Below, piece by piece: positions 39,758-52,104 of a stretch of DNA of 64,000 bases (positions are counted from its first letter, which is position 1; each line of letters begins with the position of its first letter). The notes beneath the pieces are model-generated. The model was not told the DNA's origin and did no database searches. It worked only from the letters and a program-made list of their open reading frames with translations. Origin of the DNA: Octopus sinensis. Its lineage: Eukaryota. The DNA is taken from assembly GCF_006345805.1 (NCBI RefSeq), contig NC_043000.1:91512001-91576000 (forward strand). The letters run 5' to 3'. Both the position numbers and the translations under genes were made by a program.

Positions 39758-39829
39758 ATTTATAAAATCATTTTAGCATTTTCTATCTTGACTTGATTTT
39801 TCATATATATCAACTCGTGTGTCCCCTTT

Positions 39830-40488
<659 letters not shown>

Positions 40489-40492
<4 letters not shown>

Positions 40493-40841
40493 AATGAAAT
40501 CAAAAACAGAACACAAAGTATGTCGCGGTACACGTGTTTCAAGCTTTATAAACGTCCTATTTTCACATCAGTCTATAATCGACATAAAGGATGGTTTAAA
40601 GCTCTCTTCAGCCGCATGCAATTGTTATACCAAAGATTTACATCACATTATGAAAGGCACATTTGGTATTGCCCATAATGATTGGTATATTGAGTCTCAC
40701 TGAGAAAGTATGTTTGTAAACCTTCTTAACCAAATAGGTGTGTAGGGTATCATTGGACTTCGAAAATCTGTCCATACTGTATCCCCAGTCAACATAAAGT
40801 ACCGCGACATCCTTTGTGTTCTGTTTTTGATTTCATTTGAT
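40489..40841. mobile_element. PLE pLTR-derived fragment with 43-bp inverted termini
   Basis: 40489-40531 vs 40799-40841 (1 mismatch); contains a hammerhead; PLE origin inferred. Confidence 0.7.
40525..40615 (-). ncRNA. Type I hammerhead ribozyme
   Basis: GCGG CTGAAGA GAGCTTTA [~50 nt] TAAAGCTT GAAA CACGTG TA CCGC: intact core, 4-bp stem I, 8-bp stem II, palindromic stem III, GUA site. Confidence 0.75.
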
Positions 40842-41001
40842 ACATATACCCTCTCACCTCTGCTACTAGCTGGCGTATACAGGTGCATACACTTATCAAG
40901 TATTCACCCTAAATTTATTGTGTATATATATATATATATACGTATATATAAGCATGTGTGCATATTCATGTTCCTATATATACATGGATTAATACATACC
41001 A

Positions 41002-41065
<64 letters not shown>

Positions 41066-41349
41066 CAACAATTGAGGGTAAAATTAATTAATTATTAATC
41101 AATTTCACCAAGTATTCAGTATGTAAAGGGACCATTTAAGGCGAATTCAAATTATTACATTATATAAAAGGGCTTAGTAAAATAAATTACTTTGCCACAT
41201 ACTGAACTCATTAGAAATAGTAGCTAAAAAAAACTTTTTTAAAACTATTTCTAATACTTAAAGAAAATCTCTCTCATATAGTGTTTGCTCAATTCAACTC
41301 ACGAAAGTATGGGGGTAAAGACATTAAAAAATCAAATGCAAAGGTTATT

Positions 41350-41401
41350 TGAGAACGTACGTTTCAAGATTAGTCAACTCGACATTTCTATCATCAGCTC
41401 A
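41350..41401 (-). ncRNA. Type I hammerhead-like motif (left-arm copy)
   Basis: Reverse complement of 41729-41780. Confidence 0.55.
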
Positions 41402-41728
41402 GAACTCCTTGGTTTGGATTTGAAAACACTGAAAGTGGGAGCATACCCTTTCGGCTTCTTATCGCTTCTGAAGATCTGCTCGAAACTAACAGTGCCAGCA
41501 AACCCAGAATAATTCATCTCCCTCTATTTAATGCTTCGGATTTTACCGAAAAAGCATAGTGTTTGCTGATTTTAACCCACGCTGGTGGAAAGGGGAGAGC
41601 AGAAATTCTTCGCTTGCATATTCTGGGTTTGCTGGCACTGTTAGTTTCGAGCAGATCTTCAGAAGCGATAAGAAGCCGAAAGGGTATGCTCCCACTTTCA
41701 GTGTTTTCAAATCCAAACCAAGGAGTTC

Positions 41729-41780
41729 TGAGCTGATGATAGAAATGTCGAGTTGACTAATCTTGAAACGTACGTTCTCA
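41729..41780 (+). ncRNA. Type I hammerhead-like motif (right-arm copy)
   Basis: TGAG CTGATGA T AGA aat GTC gagtt GAC taa TCT T GAAA CGTACG TT CTCA: palindromic stem III, U-U at the base of stem II. Confidence 0.55.
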
Positions 41781-41972
41781 AATAACCTTTGCATTTGATT
41801 TTTTAATGTCTTTACCCCCATACTTTCGTGAGTTGAATTGAGCAAACACTATATGAGAGAGATTTTCTTTAAGTATTAGAAATAGTTTTAAAAAAGTTTT
41901 TTTTAGCTACTATTTCTAATGAGTTCAGTATGTGGCAAAATAATTTATTTTACTAAGCCCTTTTATATAATG

Positions 41973-42029
<57 letters not shown>

Positions 42030-42032
<3 letters not shown>

Positions 42033-42227
42033 GGTCCGGGTTGATCCGGGGTTACCACAGTAAGTAAGGTACTCAATACATAGCAGAGTAAAATTAATTT
42101 ATTATATAGAAGGAGCTTCTACAGGACTAGTACTGTTTCATTCAAGAGAAATCTTCAGAGAGCTTCCTGAAGATTTCTCTTGAATGAAACAGTACTAGTC
42201 CTGTAGAAGCTCCTTCTATATAATAAA
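42030..42227. mobile_element. PLE pLTR-derived fragment with a perfect 61-bp palindrome (42098-42158 and 42167-42227)
   Basis: Arms read directly; 8-nt spacer; (TA)n flanks. Confidence 0.75.
42160..42212 (+). ncRNA. Type I hammerhead ribozyme
   Basis: GAGCTTC CTGAAGA T TTC tctt GAA T GAAA CAG tactagtc CTG TA GAAGCTC: 7-bp stem I, intact core, GUA site after 42205, U-U at the base of stem II. Confidence 0.75.
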
Positions 42228-42233
42228 AATATA

Positions 42234-42277
<44 letters not shown>

Positions 42278-43361
42278 GTACATACATATATGTGTATGAG
42301 TGTATGTATGTATAACTATAAATATGTATATATATATATATATATAAAAATATACACACGCATACACACACTCACACACGCACTCACATACGCATACACA
42401 CATGCATACTCCTACATAACCATATTATTTGTGTTTACTCAACTCGTTAAATATTTAGTTTCGCAACTAATGTGTTTTATTAGCTTGTATGTTAAGGATG
42501 GATTGCAAAGAGAATGTTCACAACTGCAACGCCAACAACTGCAGTATAAAGCACTATCAGCAGCACCTGCCGAAGTACGAAGAAGCAGCAGAGAAGTGGT
42601 GGGTCGAATAGTAAACGTGTAAGAGTATAAGGAAGAGGACAGCAGTGGGGGGGGGGGGATGGAAAACAAAAACGTCAAGATGAATACGGTGAAAAAAGAA
42701 GTTTGAAATTGAAGAAACTCCGAGAGTAAAAAAAAAATAAACAAGAAGCGAGAAGTAAAAAAAAAAAAAATGAAGGAAGAAAAAAGAAAAAAATTATTAC
42801 AAGTAGCTGGAGTATCTAGAAGATTCGGGAAGTGTTTGTATGTGTGTATGTTGGTGGTGTGAGGGTACCGTATAGAGCGGTAGACCAACAGCGGCGGCAA
42901 AGAATTAAAGAATAAAATAGAAAAGAAAAAAAATTAATAAAAGCAAAAAAGACCTAAAAAGATAAAAACACCCCCAAAAGTAAATAAATAAAATTATAAA
43001 ATAAATATAATTAAAATATAAAATAAATGCAGAAGTTTGTTTCGTTTATTTTTATTTGTTTATTTATCTATTTATTTATTTATTCATTATTCATATTTTT
43101 TTAGCGTCTTGTTAATTCTTTTTATATTCTGGTTAATTAATTTCGGTTTTATTGTACAAACCAATTATTTTTATTTAGCTAATGTTTTGTGTTGTCGTCA
43201 GTATCTTTTGTTTGTTTTTTTTTCTTTTTTCCCTTCTTCGTGTTATTTAAATGTTTGTTTTTACTTTTTGTTGCTTCTTATTTTGAAACTTAATTTTTTT
43301 CTACTTTATTCTTACTCACATACACATATATCCATCCATCCATCCATACACACATACAAAC

Positions 43362-43393
<32 letters not shown>

Positions 43394-45227
43394 TTTCAAT
43401 TTCTGTATTTTTATCTCTTTTTTTTCTTTTCTTACGTTTTCGGTAAAAACAGGAAGGTCTTTATTTTTCCCTTATACAGCTAATCATCATCATTAATACC
43501 ATTCTCCTCCGACTCCTCGTCATAATCACCACTGCAACCACCGCCACCACCACCACCACCACTACAACTACAACCGCTGCCGCCGCCACCAACCACCGCT
43601 ATCATCATCGTATTTGTCGAGATTATCTCCAGTACTACAGCTTAGATTATCATCAATTGCTTTATCGCAAGGCCAACTGCTATATGGTTCCTCAAATCGC
43701 TAGAAAAATACGAATATCCCTCAAATAACATCCTGCTAAACTAAATATAGCTAGTGCATGTTAACTAATATATTCCCTGATGAGATCATCATAAGGCCAA
43801 AACATTTCAGAGTTATTTACTGAAATAAAATTAAATAATGTTAGGTTTATTTCATTGTTGCTTACCTTCTCTTTGGAAGCTTTTTAATGCTCTCCGCCAT
43901 AAACTTGTAGACTTAACGAGAAATTTGTTTCGAATAATAAAAGATATTCCAGTTTTGAATGTCTTTGATCATAGGTGTATTCAACAGCAACAGCCACAAT
44001 CCAAGAGTATTATCTTTCTTCTTCTTTTCCTATTACGCATTACTCATCATATTTATTACTCTCATCATCGTTCTCCCCTCGTAATTACTGTTAGCTTAAT
44101 TTTTTAACCTGTCCTCCTTATAATATCCTTCTGGAGATGTATTCTTTACGCTGTTGTTATCATTATTATCGTATCTATTCATTGTTAATAAGTTCTGATG
44201 GACTTGAACAGGAATATCTGATCGTTATTGTTTACGCCAATGGAGAACGGCTCCACACTTGAGGCGATGTGTGTTTATAGCACATGTGATTCAATCATTC
44301 GCTGGTGTAAGGGAAGTTCAAAACCCTGGGTATTTTGCACATATTGTGTGTCTCACTATTCGCTATCGGAGAACGTCTGTGCCATTTAGGCAATATATGT
44401 TCCTCATACACGATTCACCATTGTAACGAAGTTTGAGACATCGCAGTGTTTCGACCTCATTGTGAGTCTTTTCGGTTAAAGTTTATCTACAGCCAGACTG
44501 AAGAATCTTTCAAGAACACAAGCTCTTGTTTATAGACATTTACAAACAAATTATCTGCTGATGTGTGCGAATGTATGCAAAATATATTGTAAATCAAAGG
44601 GTAGCCACAGAACAATGAAAATCCAAATAACATATTCATTTTTAATATGTTTTGACTCGAGTATACATATTTGACCACTGTTGGTTTTTGTTACCGGATA
44701 GCATCTTTCTGTAGGCGGTACGTTCTCATAACGCGTGATTCACTGGTTCATCGTTGTGTTTCCTTACAACTTTATCCTCCGATATTGCTGACTGGGTTGG
44801 GTCATACCTTAACCAATGTAATGCCGCACCGTTGGTTAAAAATTCCACAGTAAACAAACCCATTATTGGAACCGCACTATTATCTTTAGATTCAACAGCC
44901 ATTACTCCAGGTCACTCATTATATTCTCGTTAGTAAGCAGGGCTCCCAAGGGAAATTTGGCAAGGTGAAATAAAATTTATCTCTATCACCCAGGAAGATG
45001 AAATTATCTTAAACTTTAAGAAGGAAGTGAGGAATATTTTAGGGAGGAATTTCCTTAGGGTCAAAAACAGGCTTTAGTTGCAAACTCTCTACAAGGCCAA
45101 ATAGTGAGTCGGATTAGAGTACTGCTCCGTAAACTAGAGATGTATTCTGATGTTATATACAATTATATGATGCATAGACAAATATGATAATTGCTTAAGA
45201 ACTACTCAACTCATTACAACTAGTAAC

Positions 45228-45473
45228 CTTCGAGCCACTGAAGGAGTCTCTAGATGGTCCCTAGATCCACCATAAATAGCAGTCAAATCTACTCGTGTCA
45301 CACCCTTCTTTATTAAAAAGGAAAGTGGTGCTTTCAACAATGTAGTACTTGGATCCCCTAAAACGATGGAATCGTCAAAGATACAATACTGTTTGAGAAC
45401 ATGCCTTCTCATTAACGCGGATGAACTGAAGTAAACGATAACAGCGATGGCGAGGACAACAGCCAAGCATCCA
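45228..45473 (-). CDS. Candidate exon: transmembrane helix plus start of an ectodomain (phase 2 to 2)
   Basis: gtgttttag| acceptor; 246 bp open; GCLAVVLAIAVIVYFSSSALMRRHVLKQYCIFDDSIVLGDP...; weak donor AAG|GTTACT. Confidence 0.4.
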
Positions 45474-45700
45474 CTAAAACACATACTTAATTTAACCTCT
45501 CATCGACATTTTTACCATTGCTACAATGTTTCTCCTCATTTCTCAACTATCAAATTGTGCTCCACCTACAAAGTCCACGGGATATACACATATCACATCT
45601 TATTTCAACTTTGCCACATCCACAAGTCCCATTCTAAATAACGTAATCTCTCATTGCTGCCAAGAAAGAAAAAAATCTCTAGAATTATTTTCTTGCTTAC

Positions 45701-45750
45701 GTCGTTGTTCTGTTGAAACGATGATTGGCATATTTATTTTTAATACGTTC
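45701..45750 (-). CDS. Candidate 50-bp exon (phase 0 to 2)
   Basis: ctatag| acceptor and |GTAAGC donor; ERIKNKYANHRFNRTT joins in frame to 45473. Confidence 0.3.
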
Positions 45751-47131
45751 CTATAGACTCTCTAATGCAAATATGCTAGTCATTGTTGAATAAGTCACAG
45801 AACAACTTCTCCCTTTTACCTCGACAATATGTTCGTTTTCGATCTATGTGTCATGTGATTGTTTCCGATCTTGCTATATACAGCGAAAATAATGATTTTT
45901 AATCGATTGGCAGATATTAGCATTGATCAGAAAATCGTTTATTCACTAAAATTCTAAGCAGAACCAGTGGTTTGTTTAGGCTCAAAGGGATCCGGATAAT
46001 TCTGACTAATGAGATACCAGATGTCGAAACACTGATGTCCCAAAATCTCTTGCGCCAATAATCCGAGTGTGTTATGAATACATTGACGTCTTAAGAGAAA
46101 GGAGTTGTTCTTCTGTGACGTACACAACAGCGATTAACATACTGCATTGAAATTTGTCAGAATGTACTTAGGATCGTTTCAGATCTTCGCTATAAATATT
46201 GCAGATAATGATTTTTGAAGGCTTAACATTTACTGCAAACTGCATTCAGTTCATGCTAGACACTACTTGCTTAATATAAATAATACATTTAGCAACATAT
46301 TAAATCTTAGACACACAGGCTATGTCAGAAAACAAACGTCGGGATGGGCATGGCAGGAATGCTATTTGATTACTGGTCTGCTAGATCAGGGTTGACCAAC
46401 AACAGTAGCAGCAGCAACATCAGCAACATCAGCAACAACAGTAACAAAAACAACGACAAATGGGTTCGCAGAGATTAAAGAACTGTCACGGAATGGGTAC
46501 ACCCAATTCTTAATACTATATTGCATTAAAAATGTTTGATGGCATCATAACTTCAAAAGCTGAGATGAATTCGTCATGTCACAAATAGTGAAATCCCCAA
46601 AATAAATGATGATGATGATAATGATGATGATGAGACATCATGATGCCAGAAGACTAATGATGTGCTTTTGTGAGGTAATATCATATGGAACACAATATCT
46701 ATGTTCTCAGTTTCTTATTGTATGTCAAGGCAATGGAAAAACCTATACATGATCTGCCGGTCTGCTAGAAATAGCGGCTAAACTTCCTTTAAAAACCGCA
46801 GTCGTAAAAAAGGGAAGGATACATTGAATAATGCAATCCTACATTTGTTATCTGCTGGGATGACTGGAGCTTAGGTGGCTTTTACTGATAGATAGGGGCT
46901 GATCAGAGTTGACCAACAGCTGAAGAAGAAGGAGGAGAAGAAGAAGAAGAAGAAGAAGAAGAAGAAGAAGAAGAAGAAGAAGAAGAAGAAGAAGAAGAAG
47001 AAGGAGAAGAAGAAGAAGAATGGCAACAACAACAACAACAACATGAGTGATTGGTAAAATCTCATATGTGTCACAATTGAGACAAAATACTCTATAAAGG
47101 AACATTAGCTAAGATTATTATTATTATTATT

Positions 47132-47687
47132 GAGTGAGAGAGCAGTTCATGCCATCAAAGTGACACTGGGGTAAAATATACGAAGCCCAATATACCCATC
47201 ATGACTACCCGTCTGATAAGGGCACACCAGGCACATGCATCACAACCATATGTGCGCGGCATGGTGATCTCATATCAAGATAAACTGCAAATGACCTTGC
47301 AGGTGGGGCCCAGTTAGAATTTTCTTCAGGTTGAGTAGTCCATCCCGCTCAAACGGTCCCTGAATAAGGGTTGTTTAAGGATGTTGAAAAACCCACCCAT
47401 GTCTCCAGAGGTGAATTATTCAAACCCCAAAGAATCCCTCTCAACACATGGCTATGATGCTCCCCCACTACTTCTGCTCGTGATCAGAGAGGCACATATC
47501 GGCAGCCACTAAGGGACATGCTCAACTGGTTAAGGTCAAACAACTGACAAGCAAATCTGTGGTATTGAGCAGAATATTTGCTGTAGCCCATCTTTTATAC
47601 CACGACAAAACAATGTACATGATAACACTTCCAATCAGTTAAGATCAGAAGCCATGAGAGTCTCTGCCTGGTACTGCATCAGGGCAT
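47132..47687 (-). mobile_element. (TAA)n-targeting retroelement, full-length copy
   Basis: Homologous to 3820-4373; (ATT)n on both flanks. Confidence 0.85.
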
Positions 47688-47692
47688 TATTA

Positions 47693-47762
<70 letters not shown>

Positions 47763-48029
47763 TGGAAGTCATGCACTGTAACAGCACGTCACTGCATCCA
47801 CCATTTTTTCGTGAATCCCTACTACTCCTGGCACCACTTTGGCGGCAACCTTTGCACCACTTAGGCGGGAACACTCTCCAACCCATGGACTTGTTTGAGT
47901 AGTCGTTGCTGTTGAGGGTTTTGCGAGGTCTGATTGCACTTCGTATCTCAACCGCTTAGTCGCTTTTTACGACACGCAGGAGGAAACGTTGAGTTTATTC
48001 TTTGACATGTCGGTCCCTACACAACACTA

Positions 48030-48140
48030 GAGCAACGTGAAATGAAGTATTTCGCACAAGAACACAACACAACGTCTGTTCTGGGAGTCGAAACCGCGTT
48101 CTGGCAATCGTGAGTGCCACGCCCTAACCACTAAGATACG
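48030..48140 (-). mobile_element. Degenerate SINE-D head and centre
   Basis: Reverse complement reads cttagtggttaggg...ggtttcgactcc...gtgttcttgtgcgaaatacttcatttcacgttgctc. Confidence 0.55.
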
Positions 48141-48549
48141 TGTTTTCACAATGAACCATGTGCCTGTACAAAATATAGATTTTCAAATGTTTTTCGGAGA
48201 TTTCACAATAAGGTTACGAGTTAAGGTACAAATTATTTTCACGGCAAATATTTTCTAATTCCATGTCATATAAACAGTTATTTTCCATGAGAAAGTGATA
48301 TATCTTTCAAATCTTATTTATTTCATAGTTACAAACTGATGGGGGAAAAAAGAAGAAAAAAGAGTATCAGTAAAAAAGAAATTGAAACACACTCATACAT
48401 ATACACATTTACTCATATACGCACGTACACGCACAAACACAACCACACACATATACGCGCACACGCAGAATTTAATGTTATCCTTAGGAGGAATGAATAC
48501 ATTCACGCAGGCTCGCTCATGCTCAGACACAGATACATACATACATACA

Positions 48550-48585
<36 letters not shown>

Positions 48586-48598
48586 TGTATATATATAT

Positions 48599-48644
<46 letters not shown>

Positions 48645-48660
48645 TAAATGCATACGTATT

Positions 48661-48711
<51 letters not shown>

Positions 48712-49577
48712 ATATTTATACATACATAAATGTGTGCATATATATAGACGTTTCTTGATATAACTTCTATAATTTTTTCAAGAGTAATGGGTTAAAATAA
48801 ACACCAAATAAAAACATGCTTAGACAAGTGAGCAGACGCATGTATGCACGCAGACATAGTTACATTCGAGTATCTTTATCATAAGCCAAAATTAATGATG
48901 ACAAAAAATAAAGAAAAGGAAAAAAAATTTCCAAGAAATTTAAGATAACAACTATTTCATTTCAAAAATGTTAGTGTTATGACTTTTGGCTTTATCCAGA
49001 AATTTGCTGATACTGTTTGGTAAAATAAATTAGAATATTAAGAACGACATATGAAAAAAGAAAGACAAAGAAAAAAGAAATAGATTACGAGATTTGAGTA
49101 CACACACACACACATATACACATACACATACACACACACATATATATATAGGATCATGTAAAGTTTTGATGAAAAAATTCTCAGTAATTTAAAGGAAAAT
49201 GAAAAAGAAGATTTATATAAATATATTTAATTTCCTACTCTAACAATTGAAGATAAAACCTACTCTCACCTAAAACGTAAGAATATGAACAGTAACAATA
49301 AGTAAGAATGGGGAATGAGAAACGCAAAGAGACAAAGAAATAATGGAGTTGTTTGTTGTATCATCTGTTTTCTCTTCAGCTGGGAGAAGGCAATTTTTCG
49401 TGTTCTGTAAGTCATGCAATGTCTTCATTAAGGCAGATGACAGGGGAAATAGTTTAGGTTATTCTGCTATTGGAATTGATAAAATAAATTTTAAAAGAAT
49501 AGACGAATAAACCTAAACACACCTCTTGTATATACATGCGTGCGTGTGAATGTGTGTATGTGAGTGTGTGTGTATAC

Positions 49578-49656
<79 letters not shown>

Positions 49657-49934
49657 CATATACATCTATCTATCTATTTATCTATACATATATATACATA
49701 CATATATATGTATATATATATTATATATATATAATATTTGTAATACATACACACACACACACACATATATATATATAATATATATATATGTGTGTGTGTG
49801 TGTGTGGTGTGTGTGTGTGGTGTGTATGCATATACATCTATCTATCTATTTATCTATACATATATATACATACATATATATGTATATATATATTATATAT
49901 ATAATATTTGTAATACATACACACACACACACAC

Positions 49935-49970
<36 letters not shown>

Positions 49971-50456
49971 ATGTATTACATAATCTATATCTGTATATAT
50001 ATATGTATATATGCATATGTACATATATAAATATAATATATATATATATATATTATATTATATTATATTATTATGTATATGCATATCTATTTTATGTATG
50101 ATTATATATATGTATATATTTGCAAGTATGTATACATATGTATGTATATACATAAATATGCATATATATATAAATAATGTATATATGTATATAATTTATG
50201 CATATATGTATATAGTATATTCATGTATATTATATACATATTATATATGTCTGTGTACGTATGTACGTATGTATGTATGTATGTGTGTGTATATATATAT
50301 ATATATGTTATACACATATATGGCAGCTCTCACATCGATTTCGTTTATCAATTTATCAAATATTAGTATTAAAATCCCTTCCGACACTGACCTCACCTTT
50401 TAACAAAATCAATTTTCACCTCATATAAAGACAATACGTGTCAAATTTATAAAATA

Positions 50457-50804
50457 CTAGCAGTATCGCCCGGCGTTGCTCGGGTTTGTAAGGGAAATAA
50501 CTATAAAGCATTTTTAGAGAGTTATAGCCAAAAAATGGAAAAAAATTATGGTAAATTTTTTTTTAGTTAAAAAGGTCGAGTGGTTTGTGTTTCTGATTCT
50601 CGACCCCATGTCGTTTTATCGATTTTTTTCAGAACTGGGGGAACTTTTCAAAATTTTCGCTGCGTTAGTTTTGAATTATGACATTGGGCTATGTGTGTGT
50701 CAAGTTTCATCAGAATCGGTTGAAAGCCGTGGTCAGGGTGAGGGTACAACGTAACAGACACACAGAAACACACACAGACAAACTGCCGTTTATATAGAGA
50801 GAGA
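50457..50804 (-). mobile_element. Non-autonomous Helitron
   Basis: On the minus strand: 5' TC, 3' CTAG, 16-nt hairpin CCCGAGCAACGCCGGG 8 nt before CTAG, inserted between A and T, no TSD. Confidence 0.85.
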
Positions 50805-51243
50805 TGATTTATGTTAAAAGCAATTTAATGTGTAAAAAGGTGCAGGCAAACCCCTGGGCAAGTACCTTCTATTAGAAGCAGACGAGATCAGCGCTTTTGA
50901 ATGCAATTTCATTTAAACATGCATGTGCATGTATTTGTGTGTGTGTGTTCGTGTGTGTGCGCGTGCGCGCTTACCTTTGAGAAATTGGACAATGTTCGTT
51001 TTATCATGCTATCGTATCCTTAGCGGTTCAGCAAACAGAGACGGTGAGATAACTATATGACTTTAAGTAAGCCCTAGGATCGATTTAATGAACCAAAACT
51101 TTCGAGATGGTACTCCAGCATGGATGCTGTCTAATGCCTGAAACTAGGGAAAATAATTTAGGTGGGTGTATATACATATATATATATATGTTCATACATA
51201 CATACATGCATACATACATATACATATACATACATACATATAC

Positions 51244-51276
<33 letters not shown>

Positions 51277-51277
51277 C

Positions 51278-51308
<31 letters not shown>

Positions 51309-51314
<6 letters not shown>

Positions 51315-51662
51315 CATACAATATTAGATATGTACATATATACACAAGGGTACTACATGAGTACCTATATCACTAATGATAGAAGTCAAAAATACTTCTG
51401 TACCACCGAATAGTCACAAATCCCGCGCCTAGGTGGCGCTAAATTTCGAAACCGGTACCAAGTTGACCAGCATTTACTTGTTCTGACCCATTTGAGGTAA
51501 GACATTATAATTGTTCACTGATATTTTTTCTTATCTTGTCTGTAATAGATTTGTGACTATTCATTGGTACAGAAGTATTTTTTTACTGTTATCATTAGCG
51601 ATATAGGTACTCATGTAGTACCCTTGTTTATATATGTACATATCTAATATTGTATGTATATA
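51309..51662. repeat. ~115-bp inverted arms (51309-51422 and 51548-51662) around a pLTR-like spacer
   Basis: Arms read directly; the spacer holds GAAACCGGTA, the 3' half of a hammerhead. Confidence 0.75.
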
Positions 51663-51736
51663 TTTTATTAATTTGCCCATACGGCACTTGTGATGGTATT
51701 TTAATAATACCATCCCTATATATATATACATATATA

Positions 51737-51995
51737 CAGGGGTTGGAAAGAATAATGGAAACACCTTAAAATTTCAATCAAATTTATTTTAATATGGGGT
51801 AGGGCCGCCTTTGGCAGTAATTACAGCTTGAATTCTACGAGGTATGGTCTCGTACAAAGTTTGAATTGTTTCCAAAGGAACGTTTGCCCATTCTTCAGCT
51901 AAAACACTCTCCAGTTCTTGTAGTGATGATGGTGAAGGGTATCAACTCCTTACTTGTTTTTCTAAAATGCACCATAAATGTTCAATAATACTGAA
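51737..51995 (-). mobile_element. Tc1-like transposon 3' end
   Basis: TA plus TIR CAGGGGTTGGAAAGAATAATGGAAACACC; minus-strand HLWCILENK and a frameshifted Tc1 C-terminal pattern. Confidence 0.75.
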
Positions 51996-52104
51996 CTTTT
52001 AAAAGCTTCATTTACAGTCATGGCTTGATGTACCAGTATCGTTATCTTATACTTATATAGAACGAGGAAGTAACCATCATGATATATTCATTTATGTATG
52101 TAGG

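Larger units (their letters stand above)
38151..39802 (+). mobile_element. Penelope-like element with an inverted pLTR at left and 44-bp inverted termini
   Basis: 38151-38194 is the reverse complement of 39759-39802 (2 mismatches); PLE RT inside; (TA)n flanks. Confidence 0.9.
41061..41975. mobile_element. PLE pLTR-derived foldback: 357-bp inverted arms (41155-41511 and 41619-41975) with a 107-bp spacer
   Basis: Arms are near-identical (one mismatch noticed); (TA)n flanks; a hammerhead motif in each arm. Confidence 0.8.

Noticed and set aside
41285-41845. Two ORFs with identical first 75 aa on opposite strands
   Set aside because: A consequence of the 357-bp inverted repeat; no recognisable protein motif.
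43777-43812. CTGATGA...hammerhead-like motif
   Set aside because: AAAA in place of GAAA, mismatched stem II and no stem I; at best a dead relic.
43866-43990. Minus-strand exon ending at AAG|GTAAGC as the missing link of the gene model
   Set aside because: No acceptor and frame combination gives the required phase 2 to 0 without a stop.
44443-44477. Hammerhead-like motif on the minus strand (and a similar one at 46006-46036 on plus)
   Set aside because: Stem II is plausible, but the cores deviate non-compensatorily, and GAAACACTG gives no valid stem III or NUH site.
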